From assembly GCF_009914755.1 (NCBI RefSeq), contig NC_060928.1: a DNA stretch of 64,000 bases. One strand, written 5' to 3'. How positions within the stretch are numbered: the first letter of the stretch is position 1; each line of letters starts with the position of its first letter. Position numbers and translations under genes: made by a program. Shown here one piece after another: positions 13,465-27,085 of the stretch. Source of the DNA: the human T2T-CHM13v2.0 reference genome, Homo sapiens. The notes under the pieces were generated by a model. It was given only the letters and a program-made list of their open reading frames with translations. It was not told the origin of the DNA and ran no database searches.

Positions 13465-16400
13465 CATTTTTAAATTTTATTTTTCATTGAGGTAAAATAT
13501 ACATATGAAATTGACCATCTTTATAATTTTCAGTTTATATTTCAGTGGTGATAAATACATTTATATTTTTTTCTTCCCTATATCTCCCTCTCCCCACTAC
13601 TCTTCCCAGTCTCTGGTAATCATCATGCTGCTCTCTATCTTTATGAATCCACTTTAAGCTGCCACATATGAGTGAGAATATGTGGTATTTGACTTCTTGT
13701 GCTTGGTTTATTTCACTTAACATATGGCCTCCAGTTCCATCTATGTTGCTGCAAATGACAAGATTTTATTCTTTTATGTGACTGAATAATATTCCATTGT
13801 GTATGTATACCACATCTTCTCTATCCATTCATCTGTTGATGCTTATGTTGTTTTCATATCTTGGCTATTCTGAATAGCACAGGAGTGCAGTTCTATCTTC
13901 AACGAACTGATTTTATTTTTTGATGTATACCCAGTAGCAGAATTGCTGGATCATATGATAGTTCTAGTTTTAGGTTTTTGAGGAGCCTTCACACTGTTCT
14001 CCAAAGTGGCTGTACTAATTTACATTCCCACCAACAGTGTATGAGGATTCTCCTTTCTCCACATTCTTGCCAGCATCTATTATTGCCTGTGTCTTTCATT
14101 AATGGCATTTTGACTGGGTTTAGATGGTATCTCACTGTGGTTTTGATTTGCATTTCCATGATGATTAATGATGTTGAACATTTTAATATACACTTTATCC
14201 TTTTGTATGTCTTCTTTTGAGAAATATCTGTTCAGATGTTTTGTTCATTTTTTAATTAGTTTATTTTATTTTTTGCTATTAAGCTGTTTGTGCTTCTTAC
14301 ATATTCTGATTATTAATATCTTGTCAGATGGGTAGTTTGCAAATATTTTCTCCCATTCTATTCTTTGTCTTTTCACTTTGTTGATGGTTTCTTCTGCTGT
14401 GAAGAAGCTTTTTAGCTTGGTGCGGTCACATTTGTCCATTTTTGCTTGGTTGCCTGTGTTTTTGAGTTCTTATATACACAAAAAAAATATTTACCAAGAC
14501 CAATGTCCTGGAGCGTTTCCACAATATTTTCTTCTAGTAGTTTCATATTTTCAGGTGTTCAATTTAGTTTTAAATTTGCTTTGCTTTTGTTTTCATGTGT
14601 GGTGAGAAATAGGGGATCTAGTTTTATTCTTCTGCATATGATTATCCAGTTTTCCCAGCACCATTTATTGAAAAGACTGCTCATTCCCCATTGTATGTTC
14701 TTGGTGCCTTTGTTGAAGATGAGCGTGGCTATAAATTCTTGGATTTTTATTTGGGTTCTATATTCTGTTCCATTGGTCTGTGTGTCTGTTTTTATACCAG
14801 TACTACGCTGTTTTGTTTATGGAGCTTTGTAGTCAACTTTGAAGTCAGATAATATGATGCCTCCAGCTTTGTTCTTTTTTTGTTTAGGATTGCTTTGGTT
14901 ATTTGGGGTCTTTTGTGGTTTTATATAAAGTTAGTACTTTTTACTTTTATGAAGAATGTCATTCTTTGGTGTTTTGAGAGGGATTGCACTGAATCCTTAA
15001 ATTACCTTGGGTAGGATTGTCATTTTAACAATATTAATACTTCCAATATATGAGCAGGGAATATCTTTTCTTTTTTGTGTGTCCTCTTTAATTTGTTTCA
15101 TCAGAGTTTCATAGTTTTCCTTGCATATATCTTCCACTTATTTGGTTAGATTGATTTCTTAGTACTTTATATTCTTGTAGCTATTGTAAATGTAATTGCT
15201 TTCTTGATTTTATTTACAGATTTTTCACTGTTGGCATACAAAAATGCTACAGATTTTTTAATGCTGATTTTGTATACTGCAACTTTACTGAATTTGTTTA
15301 TCATTTCTAACAGTTTTTTAGTATAATCTTTAGGATTTTCTAAATATAAGATCATATCATCTGTGAACAAGGCTAATTTGACTTCTCCATTTCCTGTATT
15401 CTTATTTGCATGCTCTTTATATTGTCTTCAGGTATGCTCCTTCTATACGCATTTGGATGAGAGTTTTTATCATAAAGTTATGTTTAATTTTTAACATATG
15501 CTTTTTTGTCATTGATTGAAATAATCATTCTTCTTGATTCTGCTTAATGTGATAGATCACATTTTTTATTTGCATATGTTTAACCATCCTTGCATCCTGG
15601 GATGAATTCGACTTGTTCATGGTGAATGGTCTTTTTAATGTAATATTGAATTCAGTTTGCTAGTATTTTTTTAAAAAATTTTTTTGCATTTATATCAAGA
15701 GTGACATTGGCTGGTAGTATTTTGCTGTTGTTGCTGTGTCCTTATCTAGGTTTGATATCACGGTAATGCTGACCTTGTGGAATGAATTTGAAAGTATTCT
15801 CTCTCTTCAATTTTTTTGAAAAGCTTAAGCGTGATTAGTATTACTTCTTTAAATATTTGGTAGAATTCAACAGTGAATCTATTCAGTCCTGAGCTTTCCT
15901 TTGATTGGAGACTTTGTTTTATTACAGCTTCAATCTCATTACTTCTTATTGATTTGTTGAGGTTTTCTATTTCTTCATGGTTCAATCTTGGTACATTGTG
16001 TGTCCAGGAATGCATCCATTTCTTCTAGATTTTCCAATTTGTTGGCATATAATTGTTCAATATAGTCTCTAATGAATGAATCTTTTTATGTCTGAGGTCT
16101 CAGTTGTTAGGTCTCCTTTTTTGTTTCTAATTTTATTTATTGGGGTCATCTTTGTCTCTTAGTGTAGCTCAAGGTTTATCAATTTTGTTTTTATTTTCAA
16201 ATAAACAACTTACTATTTCCCTGATCTTCTGTATTATTGTGATCTCAATTTCATTTATTTCTGTTTTGAACTGTATTTTTTTCCCGTAACTAATTTTGGT
16301 TTAGTATGTTCTTGCTTTTCTAGTTCTTCAAAATACATTGTTAGGTTTTTTATTTGAAGTCTTGCTACTTTTTTGGTATAGGATTTATTGTTATAAACTT

Positions 16401-16465
16401 TCCTCTTAGTAGTGCTTTTGCTGTATCACATAGAATTTTGGCACGTTTTGTCTTCACTTTCAGTC
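13465..16465 (-). mobile_element. L1MA LINE, 3' UTR plus disrupted ORF2 (about 3 kb)
   Basis: Minus-strand ORF fragments FTDDMILYLENPKD (RT FADD region) and PRLNHEEIENLN; L1MA-type 3' UTR near 13470. Confidence 0.92.
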
Positions 16466-16860
16466 TGTGTCTCCAAGAAATTTGCTTCACCTATATTGAC
16501 ACACATAGACTAAAAGTGAGGGGGTAGAAAAAGTATTCCATGCAAATGAAAAAAAAAAGAGTAGGAGTACCTATACTTACATAAGATAATATGGAATACA
16601 AATCTAAGATTGCCAAAAGAGACAAAGAAGATAAGTTTAGAGTGATAAAAGGGTCAATTCAGCAAGGGGATATAGCAATTATAAATATTTATGCACCTAA
16701 CACCAGAGCTTCCAAGTATATAAAGCAAACATTAATAAGTCTAAAGAGAAAGAGAAACTGCAATACAATAGTAGTAGACAACTATAACATCCCACCATCA
16801 GTGATGGACAGATAGATCATTCGTAGAGAAATTCAACAAAGAAGCAGCAGAGTTAAGTTG
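16466..16860 (+). mobile_element. L1 ORF2 endonuclease fragment inverted relative to the adjacent L1
   Basis: ORF 16591-16815 reads IKGSIQQGDIAIINIYAPNTRASKYIKQTL, the L1 EN domain. Confidence 0.9.
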
Positions 16861-17254
16861 CCGATACTCTTTTAAAACTTTTAGGATGTTTTTCATATGT
16901 TGTTTCATTCTTATACCCATCTATAATCACTTTAATTATACTTATGTTCATTTTTCCCTTGTGAAGAATTTTCAAAAGTTTGTTTTTCCTATTTCATTAG
17001 TCAGTTCGAAGAAATAATTTTTGAATTTATTGATCATGTCTACTTTTCTTGGCTTCATTGTAAATTACTTTGAGCTTTCATCTTTATTAATTTCTTACTC
17101 CCACTGCCCTAGTTTATGAAGCTGTTATACTAACTTCTCCAATAAAATGTTGAGGTCATATATGACCAATATTTCCAGCTTTGACATAAACTTATTTAAG
17201 GCTATTGAATTTTGGGTCTTTGTTTTGGTTGTCTCTACAGGTGTATTGAAAAGA

Positions 17255-18605
17255 GTGCTTTCATTTTTAGATAAACTTAGTACAATTTTAGACACAGAAA
17301 ATGTCTGAAGATGGTATAGAGTCCCATATAGATCAACCTAATTTCAGCCATTAAAATCTGTAGTATACTTGTTACAATTAATAAAAATTATTGATAAATT
17401 ATTATTAAAATTTATACTTTATTCATTTTTTCTTTGTTTACTTCATGTTTTTGTTGTTGTTTTAGGATCCCATCCAGGATACCACATTATATTATTAGTC
17501 ATGTTTTCTTAGGCTTCTTTTGACTATGGCAGTTTCTCCGACTTCTCTTGGTTTTGATGAGCTTGACAATTTTAAGGAGTATTGGTCCAATATTTTGTAG
17601 AAGGTCCCTCACTGGAAGTTTTCTGATGTCTTTATCATGAATAGCTATTTTCATCATAGCATATCAAGCGTGTATACTATCAGCATGGTTTATTATTGTT
17701 AATGCAAACTTTGGTCACCTGGCTGATGTAGTGTTTAAGTTTTTCCATGGTAAAATTACTGTTTTGTTTCTTTTTTTCATACTTAGCCCTTTGGAAGTAA
17801 GTCACGGTGCACAGTCTACACTCAAGGAGTGGAGAATTGTCTACAAGATTCATGTGGGCAGAATAAGCAACATAAAGTATTTAGAATTATTCTGTATGAG
17901 AGATTTGTTTATTCTTCCCCATTTATTTATTCATTTATTTTTACCAATATGAACTCATGGATATTTATTTTATACTTTGGATTATAATCCAATATTAAAT
18001 TTTGTTGTTCAAGTTTTGCCAACTGGAAGTTCTTTCAGTTGCCTTGTGTCCCTTTGGCACAGCACCATAATTGTCTTTTCTTTGGGGGGATATCTTCATT
18101 AATTTCTGTGACTACAGGCAGATCGTTATAATTCCTATCTGAGTACTAGAATCAGCTCATTCTCCAAGGAGCCTTGGTTTCATTTATTGGAGAATAAGAA
18201 ACAAAGATCTGAGTGCTATGTGTACTCATTGATACTGGGATATTATTGCTTCTAGACCCTCTCAGTTGACAGAGGAAGGAAACATATGTGTGTATACTGT
18301 CATGTATATACACATATTTATAAATACTTCTGTATACAATAATCTATAGCCCTATTTAGCTAAACATGAGCTCATAATGATGTCCAACTCCAATACATTA
18401 CCACACGAATCATTTTACCTTCTTCTTTTGCTTATCTGATACCTTCCCAACAGTGAGAAATCTAGCTTCCATTATCAGTTATCCCATTTACAAAATTATG
18501 CAATTCTAGAATGTATATATAGCAATATCCAAACTTTTAACCTGTATTCTCTTGGGGATAACTTTACTAACAAGATTAAATGCATATGTAGTTTATTTTG
18601 GTTTT
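17255..18605 (-). mobile_element. L1MC/L1MD 3' UTR
   Basis: ggatcccatccaggataccacatt...ttctccaaggagccttggtt...; same family text as 61730-62830 in the opposite orientation. Confidence 0.8.
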
Positions 18606-18606
18606 C

Positions 18607-18866
18607 CTTTTTTTATGATTGACATAATAATTTATACATATATATGTGGTACAACATATTTCAATATATGTCTATATACATTGTTTAATGATTAAATCAA
18701 GATAATTAGCATATCTATCATCCTAAACTTGTATGATTTATTTTTGATGAGAACATTCAAAAGCCTCTCTCCTAGCTGTTTTGAAATATGCAATACATTA
18801 TTGTTAATTATAGTCATCATAGTGAGGCAGGAGGATGGGGAGAGATTGATCAATGGGTACAAAGCT
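18607..18866 (-). mobile_element. Short L1MA 3' end with a ~40-bp inverted 5' segment
   Basis: Minus-strand L1MA tail 18607-18824, then plus-strand upstream L1MA text ggaggatggggagagattgatcaatgggtacaaag. Confidence 0.75.
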
Positions 18867-19634
18867 CTCACTGCCTGGCTTCTCAAGGGCACTTGCTCGG
18901 ATCTCAGAGCAGGGATGGTGCTGAACCTGGGCGCTGTCACAGCCCTGCTGGGTGTGCACTCTTGGGGCACTACTGACATGCCAGCCCCCTACCGCCTGGG
19001 TCCCCTCTGGAATTTGAGCACTGAGGAGCTTGAGTGGGGAAGCTGAGGGGCAGGTGGAGGGTGGCTTTGTGATGGCCTGAAGGTACCCCTTGGTGCCAGC
19101 AGTGTGGGCATGATGAACGGCTGTAGGAGGTAGGCAGGCTTCTGGGTGGAAGTGGGTGTGTCCCCAGTGACGCCCCACTTCAGGCCAGGGCAGGCCTGAA
19201 ACCTGGGGGCTGTGCTGCTAGTCCTGCAGACTAGAGAGGGAACTCGTTGTGCTTTTTCCTGGCCCCACTCCATGGCTGCCCATGGAACAATTAGCACACG
19301 CTTCCTGCTCTGAAGACCACAACAGCCCCAGGTGCATCCCGAGCAGAGCAGAGGATGGTACAACCCACTGCAGAGAGGAGCTACCCTCTCCAGGGCCTCC
19401 TCTCTACTGAGAGCTGAACACTCGACAGAACGACCTGCCTACACAGTGGAGCTACCCACTGTGGGTCCGCTCTGAGCTGTTCTAACACTCAATAAAGCTC
19501 CTCTTTGTCTTGTTCACCCTCCACTTGTCTGCTTACCTCATTCCTCCTGGATGCAAGACAAGAGCTTGGACAAAGGTGCCACCAGCCACAGAGGTTTGTG
19601 GCCAGAAAATCGATGCCCCAAAGATCCTGCAACA
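18867..19634 (+). mobile_element. MER52-family ERV1 LTR, 5' part missing
   Basis: GC-rich; gagaggagctaccc repeats, aataaagctcctc polyA signal, terminal ...aaagatcctgcaaca. Confidence 0.8.
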
Positions 19635-21480
19635 CTTACTTGCTGTCTGTATATTTTCTTTGGTGAGGTGTGTGTTCAGATTTTTGCCTATTTTTTTAAT
19701 GTGGTTCTTTCTTACTGTTGTGTTATAACATTTTTTGCATTTTTTAGAGAAAAGTCTTTAATCAGATATGTTTTCTGCAAATATTTCCTCTCTGTGGCTT
19801 TTTGTTTTCTTAGTGGTGTGTTTTGCACAGTGACCTATGAAATTTTAATGAAATCTACTTACCAAATTATTTTTCATGGATTGTGCTTTCAGTATTACAT
19901 CTGAAAACTCGTACCAAACCCCCAAATTACATAGATTTTTCTCTTACATTTTATTCTAGAGGTTTCCATAGTTTTGTATTTTTCTTTCAGGTCTATGGGT
20001 CCAATTTGAATGGATTATTGTGAATGTTGTAAGTCCTGTGATATATTTTTTATTTATTTTTCCCTTTTTATATAGGCATCCAATTATTCTAGCATTATCT
20101 GTTGTAATATATATTCTTTCTTTTTTAATCACTTTTGCTTTTTATCAAAAATCCTTTGACTATGTTTGTGTGTTTCTGTTTCTATGCTCTCTATTCTGTA
20201 CCATCGGTTTATGTCTATTATTTCACCAATATCATGCCGTCTTGATTATCTTTAGTAAGTAATTTTGGTAACATTATAGAAAGCCTTAAAATCATGTACA
20301 GTAGGTCCTCAAACTATTTTCTTCTGCAGTATTGTTTTGACTATTTTAGAACATTTGTCTTTCCATATAAAATTTAGTCAGTTTGTTAATATCTAAAAAA
20401 ATAGCTTGTTGTGATTTTTACTGAAATGGCATTGAATCTATCAGGTTAGGGGAACTTTTCATCTTAAAAACATTCCATCTTCCAAAACATGAGCATAGAT
20501 TATTATATTTATAATTTTTATTTATTTTCCCCTAATTTTGTAGTTTTCTGCATTCTGTACATATTTTGTTAGATTTATATGGAGGCATTTTAATGCTATT
20601 GTAATTACTTATTAATTTTAAATTCCAATTGTTCATTGCAACTACATAACAAAGTAGTTGACTTTTGTATATTAACTATATCCCATGACCTTGCCATGCT
20701 CACTTAATAGTTCCATTTCCAGAAAGTGTTTTAGTATGTTTATTGGTCGGTTTTGTTTCATTTTTGATTCTTTAAGATTTTATTCATGGAGAATCATACC
20801 ATCTACAAATAAGGACAGGTTCATTTTTTCCTCTGCAATCTGTCATTTTTATATTCTCATCATATTGTATCAGTTAGGGTTTCTAGTATAATACTGAACA
20901 GGAGCAGTGAGGAAGAAGAACATTGTCTTTCCCAGACTAAGAAGCAAAGTATCCAGTTTCTAACCATTAAATGTGGTTTCTAGTTTCTCACCATTAAATA
21001 GGATGATATTGCTGTAAGTTTTTTTATGTTCTTTAAAATCTGAGGACATTCCTTTCTACTCCTATTTTTCTGAGTTTTTTGTCATTAATTGCTGTTGGAT
21101 TTTGACAAATGCTTTTCCAATATAAGTTGTTATGATCACAAGATTCTTCATCTTTATCCACTTATATCATAAATTACATCAATTGATTTCTGAATGTTTA
21201 ACCATCCTTACATATCTGGAATAAATACCCTTTAGGACATAATTTATATTTGCTATGTATTGTTGGATTTAATTTGCTAATATTTTGTGAGGGATTTTTG
21301 CATCTATCTTCCTGAGAGATTTTGCTGTGTATTTTTTGTCTTGTAATGTTTTTATCTGCTTTGAATGTGAGGATAATACTGGCCTTAGAGAATGAGTTTC
21401 TACTTTATTGGATTGGTTGTGGATAATTTGTATCATTTAATCCTTGAATATTTGGCGGAATTCACCAGTGGCAACATCTG

Positions 21481-21770
21481 TGTCTTCGTCCATTTGGGCT
21501 GCTATAACAAAGTATCATATACTGGATAGCTTATAAACAACAAAAATTTATTTCTCATAGTTCTCATAGAGGTGGGGAGTCCAAGATCAAGGAGGTTTCG
21601 GATTCTGTGTCTGATGAGGGCCTGCCTCCTGGTTGGTAGATGGCTGTCTTTTTTACATGACCTAATCACTTCTCAATGGCCTTACGTCCTAATGTCATCA
21701 CCTTGGGATGAGGATTTCAATATATGAATTTGGAAGGTGGTGAGGAGACAAAAATATTCAGACCATAGCA
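21481..21770 (-). mobile_element. MLT1A-like solo LTR
   Basis: tgtcttcgtccatttgggctgctataacaaa...attcagaccatagca; 5-bp TSD atctg/atgtg. Confidence 0.9.
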
Positions 21771-22276
21771 ATGTGGGAAGGTGCTTTCCTTTTGGAAGTT
21801 TATTAATTATTGGATCAATTATTTTAACAGATACTGTCCTATTCATATTTTCTATTTCTCCTTCTATAAAGTTTGGCAATTGTGTCTTTCAATAAATTGG
21901 TTCATGTCATCTAAGTTATCAAATCTGTGGATGTACAGTTGTTTATACTATTCCTTTATAATTCTTTTAATGTCTATGGGATAAGTAGTGATAAAGTTAT
22001 TTCATGTTTTACATTGCTAAATTGTGTCCTTTTTTTTTCTTGCTTAGCTTGGCTAGAGGCTTCGTAATTTTAATGATCTTTCTGAAAAACTAGTTTTTGG
22101 GTTACTTGATTTTCCCTATTGTATCACTGTTTTCTAATTTATTGACTTTCATTTTAATTTTCATTCTTTCTTTTCTTCTGCTTGTCCTAGGTTTAAATTT
22201 TTCTTCTTTCTTTAGTTTCCTAAGGTGTAAACTTAAGTTATTTATTTTAGCTTCTTATCACATATACATATATATG

Positions 22277-22278
<2 letters not shown>

Positions 22279-22316
<38 letters not shown>
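22279..22316. repeat. (CA)n microsatellite
   Basis: Uninterrupted CA run directly 5' of the MST LTR. Confidence 0.95.
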
Positions 22317-22317
<1 letters not shown>

Positions 22318-22320
<3 letters not shown>

Positions 22321-22724
22321 TATGGTTTGGATCTATGTCCCCACCAAATTTCACGTTGCATTGTAATCCCATGTTGGAGGTAGGGTCTAGTGGGAGGTGA
22401 CTGGCTCATGGAGGTGTTCTCATGATTGGGTTAGTACCATCCCCTTGGTGCTGCTTTTGTGATAGTGAATGAGTGAGTTATCCTGAGACTTGGTTGTTTA
22501 TAAGTGTGTAGCACCCCCACCCCCTTCCTCCTGCTCCAGCAATGTAAGACACCTGCTCTTGCTTTGCCTTTGGCCATGATTAAAATCTCCCTCAGCCTTC
22601 CCAGAAGCAGATGCTGCCATACTTCCTGTACAGCCTGCAGAACCATGAGTCAACTCAATCTCTTTATTTATAAATTACCAGTCTCAGGTATTTTTTTATA
22701 GCAGTGTGAGTATGGACTAATACA
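22318..22724 (+). mobile_element. MSTA-like solo LTR
   Basis: tgatatggtttggatct...cagcctgcagaaccatgag...ggactaataca; TSD cacat/gacat. Confidence 0.92.
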
Positions 22725-23724
22725 GACATATGCTAAATGTTTCCTTTTTTATTGCACTGTTTTTGCTATATTCCTACAATTTTTGCTAAGTTGTATTTCC
22801 ATTTTCATTTAGTCCAAAATATTTTTAAATTCCTCCTGACACTTCTTCTTGACACATGCACCACTTAGAATTATAGTGTTTAATCTGCATATTTAGAAAT
22901 TTTTTCAGATATCTTTACGTTGCTCATTTTTAATTTAATTCCGTGGTGGGCTGAGAACATACTTTGCATGTTTTCTAATTTTTTTAAGTTTACTAAGGTG
23001 TATTTTGTAGCCCACGTAGCTGTCTATCTTGGTGAATGTCCCATATATGTATGAGGAAAATGTAGATTCTGTAGTCATTGGATAGGGAGTATCCTGTCAA
23101 TTAAATCCTGTTGATTGATATTGGAATTGCTATTAAAGTTAACTATATCCTCATTGATATTCAGCATGTTTGATCTATCAATACCTGAAACAGAGATACC
23201 AGAAGTTTCCAACTTGGATAGTAGGTTTGTACCCTTTTCCTGTCTATTCTATCAGTTTTTGCCTCACATGTTTTGACACTGTTGTTAACTGCAAACAAGT
23301 TTAAGATTGTTATGTCTTTGGAGAGAATTGACACCTTTATCATTTTGTAATGCCAGATTTTATCACTGATAATCTTCCTTACTCTAAAGTCTGTTTTATC
23401 TGAAATTAATATAGCTACTTCAGCTTGCTTTGATTAGTGTTAACATGATAAATATTTATTTATCCTTTTACTTTTAAGCTATTTAGGTTTTATACTGAAC
23501 TTTTTTTATGTATACAATATATGATTTGGTCTTGGATTTTTTTTAAATCTGCTTTGACGATTTCCATCTTTTACCTTAAGTATTTAAGTGCTTCACATTT
23601 AAAGGGTTATTAATATAATTGGATTATTATCTACCATGTATGTAATTGCTTTTTATTCATTGCATTTTCTTGGTTTCTCTTCTCCTCCTTCCCCCCCCCG
23701 CCCTTTTATTCTCTGTGTTTCTTT

Positions 23725-24008
23725 TCCTTTCTTTCTTTTTTTTTTTTTAACAGAATCTCTCTGTGTCACCCAGGCTAGAGGGCAGTGGTTTAATCTTGGC
23801 ACACTGCCGCCTTGAACCCCCCGGGCTCAGGTGATCCTCCCACCTCAGCTGTAGTAGGCATATGCTAACATGCCTGGCTAATTTTTGTATTTTTTATAGA
23901 GACAGAGATTCATCATGTTGCCCAGGCTGGTCTGGGACTCCTGAAAGTTCCACCTGCCAGGGATTTCCAAAGTGCTGGGATTAAAAACATGAACCACCGC
24001 ACTCAGCC
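23725..24008 (-). mobile_element. AluJ, degenerate
   Basis: gggctcaggtgatcctcccacctcagc and gttgcccaggctggtc; internal deletions. Confidence 0.85.
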
Positions 24009-25246
24009 TTCTCTGGTTTTAATTGAACATTTTGTATGTTTAATTTTATCTCTATTTTGTATACCATTACTTCTTTGAAGCAATTTTTTAGTGTTGGCCC
24101 TGGAGTTTGCAATACAAAATTTTAAATAATCTATGCATAACTTAAAGTAACACTGGTCTGATCCATGTATAATGATAACTTTATAACATAGTATTCCCAG
24201 TTCCTCTATTTTGTATTTTTTTCTGCTATTTCCAGAAAATTTAATTTTATCTTTCTTGAATTTCTTGAAATTATATTGCTAGGTTTATAAAGATTTATCA
24301 TTAATAGGTTTTTAGTGGATATTTCTCTATATAACATACCATTTTTGTACCATTTAATGTACTTGCATTGTACTATATTTAGTAAAGGGAAATTTTTATA
24401 AGGGAAATTTATAGCATTTCAATATCAGAAATATATGCTTTAGTAGCATTATCGTGTTGTTTTGTGTTTTCTATTTATTTTTATTGTCTTGTCTTTCTCT
24501 TCTCATTGTCTTTATTGAGTTTATTCTGTTTTTTGTTTGTTTTCATTCTAGGGCTTTGGAATCTAAATCTGTTTCTTTCATTTAATAGATAATATTAAAT
24601 ATGTAAGAGCTGTATTTAGCTTCTGCCTTTCTATTACAATAAGAAGGATATAGTGTCTACAGTGTCTTTACCCAGAACAAGACAGGACTTATAGCAATAC
24701 AGAATATTTTGTTGAATATGAATATGAGAATATGAATTCTCAGTTTTCATCACTTTTATTTGACACATTGCATCTTTTTGGACGAGTTTCTTAATTACAT
24801 TAAGCTTCACAGACACCTCATTAATATTTTAGGACTGATTATACGCTTTACTGATTCTTTTCTCATATTGATTATGTGTGTGTGTGTGTGTGATGTATAT
24901 CTTATTCTTTTTATCTCAAGTGATCCTTTTAGGATATGGCTTATGTTCTTGAATGCTAACCATCCTCAATCTTTGTCTCAAATAGTCTTTATTTTGCCTT
25001 TGCACTTTAATGATCATTTTGCTAAACCTAGAATTCTAGGAGCAAAAGAATATTTTCTCAAAACTTTTGGGGTATTCTTGACGCAGTGTTTGAGGACAAT
25101 ATAATACTTTTTCCTGTTGTTGGTAGTCTTTTTGTTTTTCTCTGAAACTTCTAAAAAAATTTATCTGGGTATTATAATACTTCATCAGATGTTTCTGAGT
25201 ATAGATGTTGTATATTTATTCTTCTTGAACAACTCTTTCATCCTAA

Positions 25247-25627
<381 letters not shown>

Positions 25628-25774
25628 TGTTATTTGCTTTTAGAAGTTCTAGTACAGAAATTTTGTAACTTCACCTTCTACTCACAAAATATCTAACTTT
25701 TCTTTATAACTTAGCTTTCTTGTGTTTACTACATGATAGAGAATATATTTGACCTTTTAGTTCAGTAATTTATC

Positions 25775-25920
25775 CTTTTTTTAAATTTAGTTTTATTTTA
25801 GATTGAGGGGAACACTTGCAGGTTCATTACATGCATATATTGAGTAAAGGTGGACTTTGTGCTTCTCGTGTATCCACCACCCATATAGTGTCTATTGTGC
25901 CCAGTAGGTAATTTTTCTTT
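25775..25920 (-). mobile_element. L1PB-like short 3' end
   Basis: ttttattttagattgagggg...tgcaggtt...attacatg...cccagtaggtaattttt. Confidence 0.7.
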
Positions 25921-26383
25921 AATAACAGTAAAGTTTTGCTTATTTGTTGTATTATTATTATTGCAGTAGTTTTATTTATAATTGCAGAGAACTTTTGGTG
26001 TCTTCCTCAATTTTCAGTGTCAGAGTAGCAAATTAACTGGGGCATAGTCCAAACTTCTGAGATCCTTGGAGGGAAATATCACAGTGGCCTTGGAATATGT
26101 CTTTTGAGAAGATTAGCATGAGCACTGAACTATAACAAAAGCAAGCCATGACAGGTCATGTGCTGGTACATGAGCCAGGCATTGATATTTTAGTTTCTCG
26201 ATCCTGGGACTGTTCAAGAAACTAATTAATCCTTTAGTTTCTTGACACATACAATGCTATGTGTGTATCAGTTAAATAGAAGCTTTGACTAACAGTTAAT
26301 ATAAATTCTATTAACTAAAGCCTTAATTTGGGGGTTAACATGTGGAGAGGGAGTATAATTAGAAGTAGAGCAAAAAGAAAATG

Positions 26384-26688
26384 GGCCAGGTGCGGTGGCT
26401 TATGCCTGTAATCCCAGCACATTGGGAGGCCAAGACGGATGGATTGCTTGAGGTCAGGAGTTCGAGGCCAGCCTGACCAACATGGTGAAACCCCATCTCT
26501 ACTAAAAATACAAAAATTAGCTGGGCATGGTGGCATGCACCTGTAATCCCACCTGTAATCCTCAGCACAGGAGGCCGAGGCAGGAGAATCACTTGAACCC
26601 AGAAGGCAGAGGTTGCAGTGAGCTGAGATTGTGCCACTGCACTCCAGCCTGGGTGACAGAGCAAGGCTTTGTCTCGAAAAAAAAAAAA
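26384..26688 (+). mobile_element. AluS
   Basis: Full dimer with a local duplication cctgtaatcccacctgtaatcc and an A tail. Confidence 0.95.
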
Positions 26689-26760
26689 GGGATAAACAGG
26701 CTTTGTTAGTGGTGAAGTCTAAGCAAGGGATAAACAGGCTTTGTTAGTGGTGAAGTCTAA
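26687..26760. repeat. Perfect tandem duplication, 36-bp unit with 38-bp period
   Basis: aagggataaacaggctttgttagtggtgaagtctaa at 26687-26722 and 26725-26760. Confidence 0.95.
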
Positions 26761-26769
26761 CTAGTTCTC

Positions 26770-27085
26770 TCTTTTGGGTCAGCTTTCATGACTTATTTGA
26801 CCAATAGAATGGGCAGAAGTCCCTTCTGAGACATCCGCACCTAAATCCTAAGAAGTATTGCTGCTTCCCTCTGGTCCTCTGGAAAGTACACGCTGTCTAT
26901 TCTAAGAACTTCGTACTGTGATAAAGCCATAATGAGTGGTTTTAAGATGGAGAAACGGAGATTCCTGAACAGCTTTTACTGTTCTAAACAAACCAGATCA
27001 GGTATAAGACATGTGAGTACAAAAGCCTTTATACAAACCCAGTCTTGACAACTATCCAACTACAAGTACACACAAAACTCAGGGT
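26770..27085 (+). mobile_element. MLT1H-like LTR remnant
   Basis: atgacttatttgaccaatagaatgggcagaagt...agacatgtgagt. Confidence 0.6.

Larger units (their letters stand above)
19635..24200 (-). mobile_element. Old L1 (L1MC/MD) ORF2 body with nested MLT1A, MST and AluJ
   Basis: Continuous reverse L1 ORF2 text; fragment EGEIENMNRTVSVKIIDPIINKLP. Confidence 0.8.

Noticed and set aside
18692-19363. Cluster of 95-124-aa ORFs in a GC-rich island
   Set aside because: Lies in the MER52 LTR; GC richness lowers stop frequency; CpG-depleted, so not a CpG-island promoter.
26687-26760. 36-bp direct repeats resembling CRISPR repeats
   Set aside because: Only two copies with a 2-bp gap, in mammalian DNA with no cas genes.
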